Shown here in pieces: positions 1 to 8,723 of a stretch of 64,000 nucleotides of DNA. Numbering within the stretch: the stretch's first letter is position 1; each line of letters starts with the position of its first letter. The position numbers and the translations under genes were made by a program. Origin of the DNA: a virus; IMG/VR virus record IMGVR_UViG_3300021478_000023, positions 1-64,000 of that record. One strand, given 5' to 3'. The notes below the pieces were generated by a model. The model did not search any database. It saw only the letters and a program-made list of their open reading frames with translations, and was not told where the DNA came from.

Positions 1-290
1 AGGCCGCCAAGCGACCAGCGCGGCCCGCCCATGCGATTCGGCGACCAGGGCTACCCCTCCCTAGCTCCCCCCTCCCCGGACGCGCCCACGGGCTCGCCAG
101 GGCGATCCAGAGCGGAGGTAAACGCACATGCGCCGGTATCCAGGGGTGCTAAGGTATCCAGGGATGGCGAAGCGCAGCGGGAAATCGAGGCCGATATTTT
201 GACGTTCTGCGGCGCGCCCGATCATAGCGCCGAGCCGTTCTGTCAGAAACTTGGCGCGTATCTCGCCGAGCATCCCGAAGCGAGGCCACG

Positions 291-587
291 ATGAAAACCA
301 CCAAGCCCCCACAACACCGAACCGACAAACCAGCGAAGCGGACTAACGGGCAGGCACCGGAGGAAATCGCCATGCTCGACACCAACAAGTCGAACGACCG
401 CATGCGCTACATCCGCATCACCATGCGCGCGACCGAAATGTACGGACTCGTTTGCGCGATGCTCGACGCCGACACGCCTGAAAAAATCGCCGCCTTGCGC
501 AAGCGAGCTATCGGTGTGCGGTTCGAAATCGAAAGCGGTCAACGCAACTCCGATGCTCACACCAAACAAGACAGGAGTCCAATGTGA
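291..587 (+). CDS. hypothetical protein
   Basis: 98-aa ORF, coupled by a 4-nt overlap to the next ORF. Confidence 0.55.
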   Translation: MKTTKPPQHRTDKPAKRTNGQAPEEIAMLDTNKSNDRMRYIRITMRATEMYGLVCAMLDADTPEKIAALRKRAIGVRFEIESGQRNSDAHTKQDRSPM

Positions 588-913
588 CACTCAAACAACT
601 AGTCCAGTATTTGACGAAACTCGCCGCTAACGCCAGGAGTCCGCACGTTCGCCGGGTCGCGCCGTTCATTGCGCTACTAGGTGATGGCGTCGAGCAATTG
701 GGCGCGCATTGGGAGATCCACTACATGCGCCAAGTGTTGCTGATCGTCGGCAAGCGCCGCATCGTCGCGCATTATGTTCACCCGAAGCACTCGCCCCGGC
801 AACGTGGCGGCATAGTCTTTCAGGAAAAAATCGGCAACCGGCTCGGCCCGGTCGTGCGCGGAATTTACACGCTCGATGACGCAATCGCATTCAGACAAAG
901 GCCATCGCTATGA
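584..913 (+). CDS. hypothetical protein
   Basis: GTG start after AGGAG; overlaps both neighbours by 4 nt. Confidence 0.65.
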   Translation: MTLKQLVQYLTKLAANARSPHVRRVAPFIALLGDGVEQLGAHWEIHYMRQVLLIVGKRRIVAHYVHPKHSPRQRGGIVFQEKIGNRLGPVVRGIYTLDDAIAFRQRPSL

Positions 914-1125
914 GCAACTATCGCGTAACTTGGTGGAAGGACATGGCCGACAATCGCACAAGGATCTTCGCTTGCGTCCCGACATTCTCTGGCGCTCTTG
1001 CCATCCTCCCGCATGGCCCGGACGGCTGGCAGCGTTATCTGATTGAGCGGGGCAAGCGGGTTGTCGAACGTGGCGATCAATTCGGCCCGCGCGGTGCGCC
1101 AGCAACCGAGCGATCCGATGGCTGA
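910..1125 (+). CDS. hypothetical protein
   Basis: ATGA overlap with the upstream ORF. Confidence 0.5.
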   Translation: MSNYRVTWWKDMADNRTRIFACVPTFSGALAILPHGPDGWQRYLIERGKRVVERGDQFGPRGAPATERSDG

Positions 1126-1291
1126 TCTCCGCGAGTGCATCCGCAACGCTCGCGCCAACATCAGCGCGTCGGACGCGGCGACCGATGACAAGGACCGCAC
1201 CGACTATGCGATCAGCGCTGTGGAAAATCTAATCGAAGCTGTTGAGGCAATCGCCAACGCCTTCGACCGACTCAAGGATATCGATCTATAA
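1118..1291 (+). CDS. small helical hypothetical protein
   Basis: ATG at 1118 (MADLRECIRNA) in the 1043..1291 frame. Confidence 0.55.
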   Translation: MADLRECIRNARANISASDAATDDKDRTDYAISAVENLIEAVEAIANAFDRLKDIDL

Positions 1292-1297
1292 ACGAAC

Positions 1298-1378
1298 ACC
1301 TGTGCCGCCCCGCCCCCGAGTCGGCATAGGTAGCCCCGCCGCGTAAAGAAAGATGCCCCCCTCCGAGCGCGGCGGGGC
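1298..1378 (+). promoter_or_regulatory. two tandem GC-rich hairpins with C-rich loops (structured leader or sRNA candidate)
   Basis: stems 1298-1307/1322-1331 and 1333-1343/1368-1378. Confidence 0.45.
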
Positions 1379-1405
1379 ACCCTCTCAACACAAGGAGTCC
1401 AAACA

Positions 1406-1699
1406 ATGAAACGTCTCGATCTAATGGTAGGAGTTTTGTTAGTGGCTGCGATCCTGGGCGCTACGCTTGCGAACGCCGATCCGCTCGACACCCGGTCGTT
1501 CTATGACCGCAACGGCGGCTTCGCCGGTAGCTCATCGGCGCATCAGAACACGACCAGCTATAGCGACCGGGATGGCCGGTTCTCTGGTAGCTCGATTCGC
1601 AACAGCGACGGCACGACCAGCTTGTATGATCGCAACGGGCATTTCACCGGCTCGGTCGTCAACACGTCGCCGAGCGGGGGACGCGATGGCCGCCGATAA
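1406..1699 (+). CDS. small secreted protein with three YDRNGxFxGS-like repeats
   Basis: AAGGAG RBS; signal peptide ending ANA-D; repeats SFYDRNGGFAGS, SYSDRDGRFSGS, SLYDRNGHFTGS. Confidence 0.8.
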   Translation: MKRLDLMVGVLLVAAILGATLANADPLDTRSFYDRNGGFAGSSSAHQNTTSYSDRDGRFSGSSIRNSDGTTSLYDRNGHFTGSVVNTSPSGGRDGRR

Positions 1700-1871
1700 C
1701 ATCGATGACGCGCGCCGAGAATTGCGGTTGCGAATGGGCCATGCTTTCGGGCATTCCTACGGCGGACAACAACAACCGTTGCACCACGATCACCTTAACA
1801 TTGATGGTTTTATGCGAGCATTAGAGCGATACATCGACGCCAGAATCGAACAAAGCCGATTGAAGCGGTGA
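1686..1871 (+). CDS. hypothetical protein
   Basis: MAADNIDDARRELR, internal ATG of the 1467..1871 frame. Confidence 0.5.
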   Translation: MAADNIDDARRELRLRMGHAFGHSYGGQQQPLHHDHLNIDGFMRALERYIDARIEQSRLKR

Positions 1872-1999
1872 TGCGCGCGGTCACGGTCTGGTCGCTCCTG
1901 ATCGTTGCGGTCGTGCTAGTGTTTGACGAACGCGCCATCGCAGCCATCGTCCTAGCTCTTGGCGCGCTGGCGTTGGTGCTCATCCGAGAGAGAGGATGA
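1871..1999 (+). CDS. small two-TM membrane protein
   Basis: hand translation MRAVTVWSLLIVAVVLVFDERAIAAIVLALGALALVLIRERG; TGATG coupling. Confidence 0.55.
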   Translation: MRAVTVWSLLIVAVVLVFDERAIAAIVLALGALALVLIRERG

Positions 2000-2000
2000 A

Positions 2001-2276
2001 ATGTCCGAACATTCCGACGATGTTGCCAGGGACGCGATGGAAATCTGCCAACACATTAAGCCCTACCTTGCCGGTGTCGGCAGCGCGACGCAAAGCGCCG
2101 TGCTCGCGAACATGACCGCGCTATGGCTTGCCGGGCATATCGGCCCGACGCCGGAAGCGACCAAGGCGTACCGCGCCGGGTTGCTCGCCGGTCACGTCGA
2201 GCTAGTCGAACAACTCATTGAGCCGAGCGAGCAAGAAATTCTCGACGGACTTATTGATCGCACACACCCGCAATAG
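2001..2276 (+). CDS. hypothetical protein
   Basis: GAGGA RBS; MSEHSDD start. Confidence 0.65.
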   Translation: MSEHSDDVARDAMEICQHIKPYLAGVGSATQSAVLANMTALWLAGHIGPTPEATKAYRAGLLAGHVELVEQLIEPSEQEILDGLIDRTHPQ

Positions 2277-2398
2277 CTATACCCTTGGGTATATAATTTC
2301 CGCTTCCAGTTTCCCTGGAACTTGTGCTATGTGGTCTGTGGTTGCGGTCGCCCTGGCCGCAGCAAAACGCAAGCATAGCCGCTTGCAGAAAGGCTACC

Positions 2399-2797
2399 AT
2401 GACGACCAATAATGACGCCGTTAGAGCACGACCGACGCCACTCCCCGCATCAATCGAGGATTGGCAGCGGAAGATTAAGTCCGAACGGACGCTCAACGAT
2501 CACGTCGAAGATCTGCACGTTATGTGCTGGTCGGAGTCCCCCGATTACCGCAAGTATCTCGAAGCGGTTTGGGATTCGGATGCGGTTGAAGGCTCGCTTT
2601 CAATCGACAACGTGAAGGCGGCAGAAATGATTCGCGAGAAGGCAAGGACGATTGCCGGAAATCCAATCGCGAATAAGAAACTCGACCCTATCGTAAAGTC
2701 GCTTGGCGTTGTCCTTCGCCGCTATCAGGCGTCCCGCAAGGAACGCCGGAATACGGTGGACGGCAGGATCGTGCCGACTGAAAATAACGGCGAGTAA
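2399..2797 (+). CDS. hypothetical protein
   Basis: MTTNNDAV start after GAAAGG. Confidence 0.6.
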   Translation: MTTNNDAVRARPTPLPASIEDWQRKIKSERTLNDHVEDLHVMCWSESPDYRKYLEAVWDSDAVEGSLSIDNVKAAEMIREKARTIAGNPIANKKLDPIVKSLGVVLRRYQASRKERRNTVDGRIVPTENNGE

Positions 2798-2882
2798 CTT
2801 TTCACCAACAACTCGGGCCGGGGAGGCGACTCCCCGGCTCACTTTCCACAACGCGGGCATAGCGCCCTGCAAAGGAACGAAT

Positions 2883-4040
2883 ATGAGCAATGACAAACTC
2901 CGCGATCCCTTCAACCCGGACGGTGGGGAATTCGCCAAAAATATCCGATCAATAACTGGCGTTGATGACACCGAGCTACGCCAATCGCTCAACCAATTCG
3001 GATGGTTGCCTGACTTGCCAGCGCTCGCCGATGAGAATGGTGTGATCCTTGTAGGTCATCGTCGCATTCGGCTCGCCAAGCAACTCGATATTGAGCCGGT
3101 CATTAAGACGCTGCGCATTGGCAAGGGCGACGAAGCCGACGCCAAGCGGTTAGCGCTGGCAATTGCTTCAAACCTTGGCCATGCGCCGATGACCAGAGAC
3201 GACCGCAAGCGCATCGCCGAGTATCTATACGGTCAGCGGGAATGGACGATGCAGCGCATCGCGGAAGCGTTGAACGTGGGGACAATGACTGTCCATCGTG
3301 ATCTAGCTAATTTTACCAACGTGGTAAAATCAAAACCATCCAAGACCGCGAGCAATCCGAAGGGCGCGGGCCGCCCGAAGGGCACGAAACACAAGGCTCC
3401 AAAGCCGCACGATGAGGCTGACAGAATCATTGCCGCCCACGATAGCAATCCTGATAAGACCTACACTGAAATCGCAGCAGAGGTTGGCGTTACCGCCCGC
3501 ACCGTGCGTCGTGAGATCGAACAAGAAAATATCCGGCGTGAAGCGCAAGCCGATATTGATCCGGCCACACTCTCGATGACGGCGCAGGCAAAACTGGACC
3601 TTGCGATCAAGCAACACATCCGCAAACTTGATCATGACTTTATGACTCGCGTCAACGAGCGAGCGAACCAACACGTCAACGAATACTGGTTGCCAGAACA
3701 CAAAAAGCTGATTGCTGATGCGAAGCTGTGGGCCGGTCGGCGCAAGGGGCTAATGGACAAAGCGACGTTTACGAAAATTTGGGCGTGCCTGCACACCGAG
3801 CGCTTGGCCCAACTCATCGGTGTGGCGCATGACAAGCTGGATGAGAAACTAGCTAGGCGCTATGCCGAAGCCTTCCAACTTTTTTCAGTGTTGGAAAAGC
3901 ATCTGCTCGATGAAAAGGACTCACCGACAAATGTGCCGCCGCTTCCATCGACTGTTGAGGAATTGATGGCGGCAAAGGCGCGCGCAACCGCTGCACGAAA
4001 AGCAAAACGCGGAGCAAGCAACATTAGTCGGCGGGTGTAG
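2883..4040 (+). CDS. ParB/Srx N-terminal domain protein with HTH motifs
   Basis: LRQSLNQFGWL...DENGVILVGHRR ParB motif; HTHs WTMQRIAEALNVGTMTVHRDL and TYTEIAAEVGVTARTVRR. Confidence 0.85.
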   Translation: MSNDKLRDPFNPDGGEFAKNIRSITGVDDTELRQSLNQFGWLPDLPALADENGVILVGHRRIRLAKQLDIEPVIKTLRIGKGDEADAKRLALAIASNLGHAPMTRDDRKRIAEYLYGQREWTMQRIAEALNVGTMTVHRDLANFTNVVKSKPSKTASNPKGAGRPKGTKHKAPKPHDEADRIIAAHDSNPDKTYTEIAAEVGVTARTVRREIEQENIRREAQADIDPATLSMTAQAKLDLAIKQHIRKLDHDFMTRVNERANQHVNEYWLPEHKKLIADAKLWAGRRKGLMDKATFTKIWACLHTERLAQLIGVAHDKLDEKLARRYAEAFQLFSVLEKHLLDEKDSPTNVPPLPSTVEELMAAKARATAARKAKRGASNISRRV

Positions 4041-4042
4041 TC

Positions 4043-4264
4043 ATGACACAAGATGAGATCCGCGACTGCAAACGCCGATGCTTGTCTGGTGGCGAGTTGT
4101 TGGGCTTGGCCGAACTCGCGCATGTGATGGGCATTACCAAACAAAATTGCTGCAATCGGATTGCGCGCGGCAAGCTGCCAGCCCCGGACCACAAACTAGC
4201 TATGTCGCCGATCTGGCGGCGTAGAACGGTCATGACGTTCCTCCAAAGTCAAACACGACGTTGA
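4043..4264 (+). CDS. AlpA/excisionase-like winged HTH protein
   Basis: LLGLAELAHVMGITKQ...RIARGKLPAP...PIW pattern. Confidence 0.7.
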   Translation: MTQDEIRDCKRRCLSGGELLGLAELAHVMGITKQNCCNRIARGKLPAPDHKLAMSPIWRRRTVMTFLQSQTRR

Positions 4265-4271
4265 GGGCACC

Positions 4272-5093
4272 ATGCCGATCTCATCCGAAGGACGCGCGTT
4301 CGCCGCGCAGCTTACGCGTGACCTAGCCGCCCGCGAGCGGCTAGGTTCCGGCACACTTTGCCCTGGCGTGAAAACGTGGCGTGACGCATGCCAAACGCTC
4401 GGCGACTCTATCGCTGCGGCTGACGGTCCAATCAAAGCCGTTGGCATACTCAAGTCCGCGCGCCTACGCTTGCGGACAATCCAAGAGCAACGCACCTGTT
4501 ACATCAACTTATTTTTCACGCGATCAAGATCCGCGTTTTTCGAGATCATGACTTACGAGGTTGCCAAGCATCCGATCACCGATGAAGGCAACGCTGGCGT
4601 CCTTGTGCAGAATTATTTTTTCCACCTACAGCGGCGCGGCCAAGTTACTTGCGCCTATCGAACCGTCGCGTTCCTATCCTGGCATGCGCTAGGCCGCATG
4701 CGTGAGCGCAGCGAGATCGACATGATGTTCGCGGCGACCGGCGCGGTGCCAATCTGCGGCATTGCCGGGCTGGTGATGACGGAATCCTCCAAGCACGTAA
4801 ACACAGAAATCAATCTCGCGTATGGCGACATGCTTTGCACTGGCGTCCTGCGATCCGTACCAAACAGAACGGTCAACGGACAACAACACCATTTCCTATT
4901 CTATGACGTGCTAACCGTGTTGCCGTTCGATGAAGCGCTCCCGCATAGGCGCGCGCAGGGCGATAGCGTTCTCGAAATCGTCAGGAATTATGTCAAGTCC
5001 AGTGATCCCAACACGCACGGGCTGGCCGACGCGATCCCGGTGTTGCGGTTCCGGCCAACCGATTTCATTTCGCGTCGGATCTCGCCCGCCTAA
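4272..5093 (+). CDS. hypothetical protein
   Basis: 273-aa ORF with GAGGG RBS. Confidence 0.7.
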   Translation: MPISSEGRAFAAQLTRDLAARERLGSGTLCPGVKTWRDACQTLGDSIAAADGPIKAVGILKSARLRLRTIQEQRTCYINLFFTRSRSAFFEIMTYEVAKHPITDEGNAGVLVQNYFFHLQRRGQVTCAYRTVAFLSWHALGRMRERSEIDMMFAATGAVPICGIAGLVMTESSKHVNTEINLAYGDMLCTGVLRSVPNRTVNGQQHHFLFYDVLTVLPFDEALPHRRAQGDSVLEIVRNYVKSSDPNTHGLADAIPVLRFRPTDFISRRISPA

Positions 5094-5280
5094 CAATCGC
5101 CCGCACGCGCACGTCCGTAATATCGTGCACGCGGGCAATGTGACTTATCGGCACGCCTAGCTCGCGCATCCAAACAATCTCGGCGTTGCGCTCTGTCTTG
5201 GCGTTGGACGGCGGCGGCATCTTGCGCTTGGCTCGCCGCAACTCCGCGCTTTGCTCTGCCAACTCACGAAACGATTTCAT
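5065..5280 (-). CDS. small HTH protein (Mor/sigma-4-like)
   Basis: ERNAEIVWMRELGVPISHIARVHDITDVRVRAIV; ATG at 5280. Confidence 0.6.
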   Translation of the reverse strand: MKSFRELAEQSAELRRAKRKMPPPSNAKTERNAEIVWMRELGVPISHIARVHDITDVRVRAIVRRARSDAK

Positions 5281-5645
5281 TTGTGGTGCAGCACTGGAAT
5301 GACGTGCAGCCGTTCCAGAACGGCCATAGTGATGATCACGATCATAAGGCAAGTCAGCATCCAACTCCCGCGATGGACGACGCCGCGACGCGGGCCGATT
5401 TTCATGCGCTCTCTCATTAGCTCAAGGTTGCCTGCGGCTTCGATGCGCTCGCTCTCTGTTAGCTCGCGCAAGGATAGCTCATCAGTCCAAGCCATGACGT
5501 GACCGCAACCACGGCAAAGCATCAATCCCCCGGCCTCAACCTCGCCGTCAATCTTGAATGGGAATATCCGCCCGCAGTCTAAGCAAGATACTTGCGACGG
5601 CGTAGCGTCGGCGGACCCCGAATTTTTTGAAGATTGCTTGGACAT
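5277..5645 (-). CDS. Zn-ribbon protein with C-terminal TM helix (start uncertain)
   Basis: CLDC...CRGC, LRELTESE; resembles 15638..15946. Confidence 0.55.
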   Translation of the reverse strand: MSKQSSKNSGSADATPSQVSCLDCGRIFPFKIDGEVEAGGLMLCRGCGHVMAWTDELSLRELTESERIEAAGNLELMRERMKIGPRRGVVHRGSWMLTCLMIVIITMAVLERLHVIPVLHHK

Positions 5646-5763
5646 GGGTCTTAGCCGTGTGCTTGCTAATGTTGAGCGCGTTGGCAATTTGCTTGTCAGA
5701 AAAGCCGAGCGTGATCAGATACGCGACTTGCCGCTCACGGTTAGTTAGCGCGCGCCATCCCAT
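5548..5763 (-). CDS. stand-alone LuxR/GerE-type HTH regulator
   Basis: LTNRERQVAYLITLGFSDKQIANALNISKHTAKTHVQAIFKKFGV. Confidence 0.85.
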   Translation of the reverse strand: MGWRALTNRERQVAYLITLGFSDKQIANALNISKHTAKTHVQAIFKKFGVRRRYAVASILLRLRADIPIQD

Positions 5764-5789
5764 AAAAAAGGGCCGGACGTATCCGGCCC
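5764..5789 (-). terminator. Rho-independent terminator after the PEP-CTERM genes
   Basis: minus strand GGGCCGGA-TACG-TCCGGCCC followed by TTTTTT. Confidence 0.8.
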
Positions 5790-5811
5790 CTCTGGTTGTT
5801 GTTGTTGCTGG

Positions 5812-6507
5812 TTAGGCGGCCATGCCAACCATGCGCCGACGATTGCGGAACGCAACGCCGAGGCCAACGAATCCCAGGAGCATCATGCCCCAGGTCGCAG
5901 GCTCCGGTACTGCCGACGCCAAGATCTGCACGTTGCCCTGGAAAGCTGCCGGACCCGTAAAGGTCACGACAAACTTTTCAGTCTCGGAGAACGTGCCAAG
6001 ACCGGCTACGGTTGCAAAGTCAGTCTGCGGTGCGCAGTTGAGCAACGCGCCGAGACAGACTTGCGAGCCGAGCAAGTCGGTTTGAGCAAACAAACCGTTG
6101 GCCGGATCAACCCACGTAGACATTACGATGGATTGAATGTTCGCGCCGCCGATCCCAAAGTCGCCAGCAAACACGCTGGCGAATGAGCCTGACGGAAAGT
6201 TCGTCACGCCCTGTTGACCGGCGAGGATCGTCAACGTGTTGGTCCCGGTTGCGTTGCCGTTTACGTCGAACGTGATGGTCCCAAAGTCCGGGCTAGGAAC
6301 AATGGGAATGCCGAACGACTGCACCGTAAACGCGATGCCGCCTGACGTGCCGGACGTGGCGGCGCTGCCGCCCGTGACCGGACCAATTGACGAAACCGAC
6401 GACCCGTTAAGATCGACGTTTAGGCTGATCGTTGATTGCGCGAACGCGCCGCCCGCGAACAATGCGAGCGCCGCCCCGGCAAGCAATAGAGTCTTTAGAC
6501 ATTTCAT
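5812..6507 (-). CDS. PEP-CTERM (PEPxxW-type) exosortase substrate 1
   Basis: signal peptide MKCLKTLLLAGAALALFAGGAFA-Q; C-term VPEPATWGMMLLGFVGLGVAFRNRRR. Confidence 0.92.
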   Translation of the reverse strand: MKCLKTLLLAGAALALFAGGAFAQSTISLNVDLNGSSVSSIGPVTGGSAATSGTSGGIAFTVQSFGIPIVPSPDFGTITFDVNGNATGTNTLTILAGQQGVTNFPSGSFASVFAGDFGIGGANIQSIVMSTWVDPANGLFAQTDLLGSQVCLGALLNCAPQTDFATVAGLGTFSETEKFVVTFTGPAAFQGNVQILASAVPEPATWGMMLLGFVGLGVAFRNRRRMVGMAA

Positions 6508-6585
6508 GGAGTGAGTCTCCGTTAGGATTTCAGGAGAGTCGGAAGCGTGCCGTGGCACACCCCCCGTTTTGAATTGTTGTTGTTC

Positions 6586-7323
6586 TTAGGCCGCGAAGCC
6601 GACTTTGCGCCGACGCACGCGGAACGCAAGTCCGAGGCCGACGAAGCCGAGCAACATCATGCCCCACGTAGCCGGTTCTGGAACCGCCGCAACCGGATTG
6701 ATGCTGTTGCCGCTACCAGTCTCAAACAAAGCACCGGAGTTGGCCGTTGCGATGATGCCGTCTACGGTGTTCAAGAAGCCGACGATATACATTCCCTGCG
6801 CGCCACGGTTCAAACTGAACGACGGCGAGAAGGGACCGCTAGGACCGTTAAGAGCCTGCGTGCCAAGATCAGCTTGCAGCACGAAGAATCCGGTAGCTCC
6901 CGGCAGGAACACTTGCGTACTCGGCAGATACGCGCCAATCGGATTCGATGGGCTCGCACTGATGCCGAGATAGGTGTCAAGGAAGCCGCTGGTCCATGCC
7001 GTAGTAGACACCAACGAGAAATTGACACCAGCGGCAGGAAGCGTTGAGCCGGTGACAGTGACTACGTTGGCCGGATTAACGGCGGCTGTATTCGGAACAA
7101 GAATGTCCAGAATCAAATCGCCGGTTTGGTCCTTGGGCGACACCGTAAATCCCCAATTCACCGGAGGGTTGCTGGTGATTGGAGTGTTGGTGCCGTTATC
7201 GACGCAACCCGCTGCGCAGAAGCCGTGCAGCGGATCATCCAAGGCAACGACTTGTGCGCTTGCAGGCACCGCATACGCCAGTGCGGCAAGCGCCATCGCA
7301 GTAGAGAGTACGAGTTTTTTCAT
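6586..7323 (-). CDS. PEP-CTERM (PEPxxW-type) exosortase substrate 2
   Basis: signal peptide MKKLVLSTAMALAALAYAVPASA-Q; C-term VPEPATWGMMLLGFVGLGLAFRVRRRK. Confidence 0.92.
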   Translation of the reverse strand: MKKLVLSTAMALAALAYAVPASAQVVALDDPLHGFCAAGCVDNGTNTPITSNPPVNWGFTVSPKDQTGDLILDILVPNTAAVNPANVVTVTGSTLPAAGVNFSLVSTTAWTSGFLDTYLGISASPSNPIGAYLPSTQVFLPGATGFFVLQADLGTQALNGPSGPFSPSFSLNRGAQGMYIVGFLNTVDGIIATANSGALFETGSGNSINPVAAVPEPATWGMMLLGFVGLGLAFRVRRRKVGFAA

Positions 7324-7449
7324 CGTTGTCGCCATTCCCTTTCGAAAGGAATCGGCGCTTGCGGGGTTGCAACGCCGACGCCGAACGGTAGCACACGCCG
7401 CACCCATTTCCAGCGCGGCTTGATATATCGTTCGGTATATCGTGGACAA

Positions 7450-7641
7450 TCAGTCGAAAGCGACTTGCGGCTTGAGATAGCTAAAGATTTCGCCCTCGCA
7501 GCGCTCGCAGAAAACCCACATAAGGTTGCGGCCATCGGCCCACAGGATCAGCGGCACATGCTCATCGGGAATCGCCCCGCCGCATTTCGAGCACGTCTCG
7601 GTTCCCTTCACAGGTTTGCCGAGCATTCCAGAGTCGATCAT
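7450..7641 (-). CDS. small Zn-finger protein
   Basis: CSKC...CERC; GGAGG RBS. Confidence 0.7.
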   Translation of the reverse strand: MIDSGMLGKPVKGTETCSKCGGAIPDEHVPLILWADGRNLMWVFCERCEGEIFSYLKPQVAFD

Positions 7642-7655
7642 TGCCCCCTCCAATT

Positions 7656-7705
7656 AAAAAGGAAGCGCGGCGGGTCAGGACTATCGGAACCCTCCCGCCG
7701 CGCTT
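7656..7705 (-). terminator. terminator-like hairpin
   Basis: 12-bp stem 7663-7674/7694-7705 followed by CCTTTTT on the minus strand. Confidence 0.55.
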
Positions 7706-7782
7706 TTCGACACATGCGGGCCGCGTTGTCAGCAAATCGGGGAACGAAAGCCCAACGCGGCGGCGACTTATAGTGGCGAACT

Positions 7783-7950
7783 CTATTTGCTCCCCGGCCC
7801 CTGGCACGCCGAGTCCTTGGGATACTCCAAACAATACTTGTGAATGTCAGTGATGACGCCGTTTTTTGTGCCGGGCGTTTCGTGCTCGCGGATATAGTCG
7901 GCGCTGCACCCGCCGCACAGCAACACCAACAACAAGAGCAACGCGTTCAT
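7783..7950 (-). CDS. small putative lipoprotein (55 aa, not in ORF track)
   Basis: hand translation MNALLLLLVLLCGGCSADYIREHETPGTKNGVITDIHKYCLEYPKDSACQGPGSK; ATGA overlap. Confidence 0.7.
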   Translation of the reverse strand: MNALLLLLVLLCGGCSADYIREHETPGTKNGVITDIHKYCLEYPKDSACQGPGSK

Positions 7951-8219
7951 TTGCTTCCCTTCGCGTGTGTTGCCTCAACGGCGTAGTCGATCAGCTTGCG
8001 ATAATCGGCCAGCCGCTTTCGCGTGCTCGGGTCTGTATCGGCTCGCGTCTCGTATTCCATCATCAACAAGCTGGCCGTCCGAAACGCCCCGCTGTTGTTG
8101 ATTTCGATAGCGCGTTCGACGCGCTCGATAATCTCAAAGGTGAGATCGCGGGTCGAAAGCGATGCCGCATACTCACGAATGACGCGTTCGTTTTCCGGGT
8201 CAAACGGGAGAGTCATCAT
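7947..8219 (-). CDS. hypothetical protein
   Basis: GAAGGAAGGGG RBS; 90 aa. Confidence 0.65.
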   Translation of the reverse strand: MMTLPFDPENERVIREYAASLSTRDLTFEIIERVERAIEINNSGAFRTASLLMMEYETRADTDPSTRKRLADYRKLIDYAVEATHAKGSK

Positions 8220-8355
8220 TCCCCTTCCTTTCAGGGATGCGATAGAGGCGTCGGCGCAACACCCATGCGGACATGCGCGCGGCGGTCAACGGAAAACCTA
8301 GCTTGCGAATCCAATTTGCTACGGTGAACAACGATATCGAGTTGAGCGGGCGCAT

Positions 8356-8550
8356 TTACATTTCTGCCATAGCTTGTCGCAAAGCGGTTAGCTGGTCTGT
8401 CACGTCGGGCGGCGGTTCTGGTTTAGGTTTCGGCCCCGGCATAATTTCCGTTACCGAATAAACTTTTCTGTTGTCGTTTGAGGTACGCCAGATTGCGATG
8501 CCGCCGTTTGGCAACGTCTCTATCTGATAGTGCAACGGTGTCTGGTCCAT
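8356..8550 (-). CDS. hypothetical protein
   Basis: coupled to the upstream ORF (TGATG). Confidence 0.55.
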   Translation of the reverse strand: MDQTPLHYQIETLPNGGIAIWRTSNDNRKVYSVTEIMPGPKPKPEPPPDVTDQLTALRQAMAEM

Positions 8551-8723
8551 CACGTTCGCTCGCAGTTATGTTTTGCTTGATCGCATGCCGGGAAGCGGTC
8601 GCCCTTGACCGGGCCAAGCGGTTCACGCATCCGATAGGCGCCAGTGCAGGACATCATCAACAACATGATCGCCATACCGAGCACGGCGACGATGATTGAA
8701 ACTCTGATCGCAATAATGTTCAT
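8550..8723 (-). CDS. small putative lipoprotein or membrane protein (57 aa, not in ORF track)
   Basis: MNIIAIRVSIIVAVLGMAIMLLMMSCTG...ACDQAKHNCERT; ATGA overlap. Confidence 0.6.
   Translation of the reverse strand: MNIIAIRVSIIVAVLGMAIMLLMMSCTGAYRMREPLGPVKGDRFPACDQAKHNCERT

Noticed and set aside
134-162. GGTATCCAGGG direct repeat
   Set aside because: Only two copies at the window edge, with no context
4670-4715. SWHALGRMRER as a RelE/BECR-type RNase motif
   Set aside because: One short motif is insufficient to assign a function
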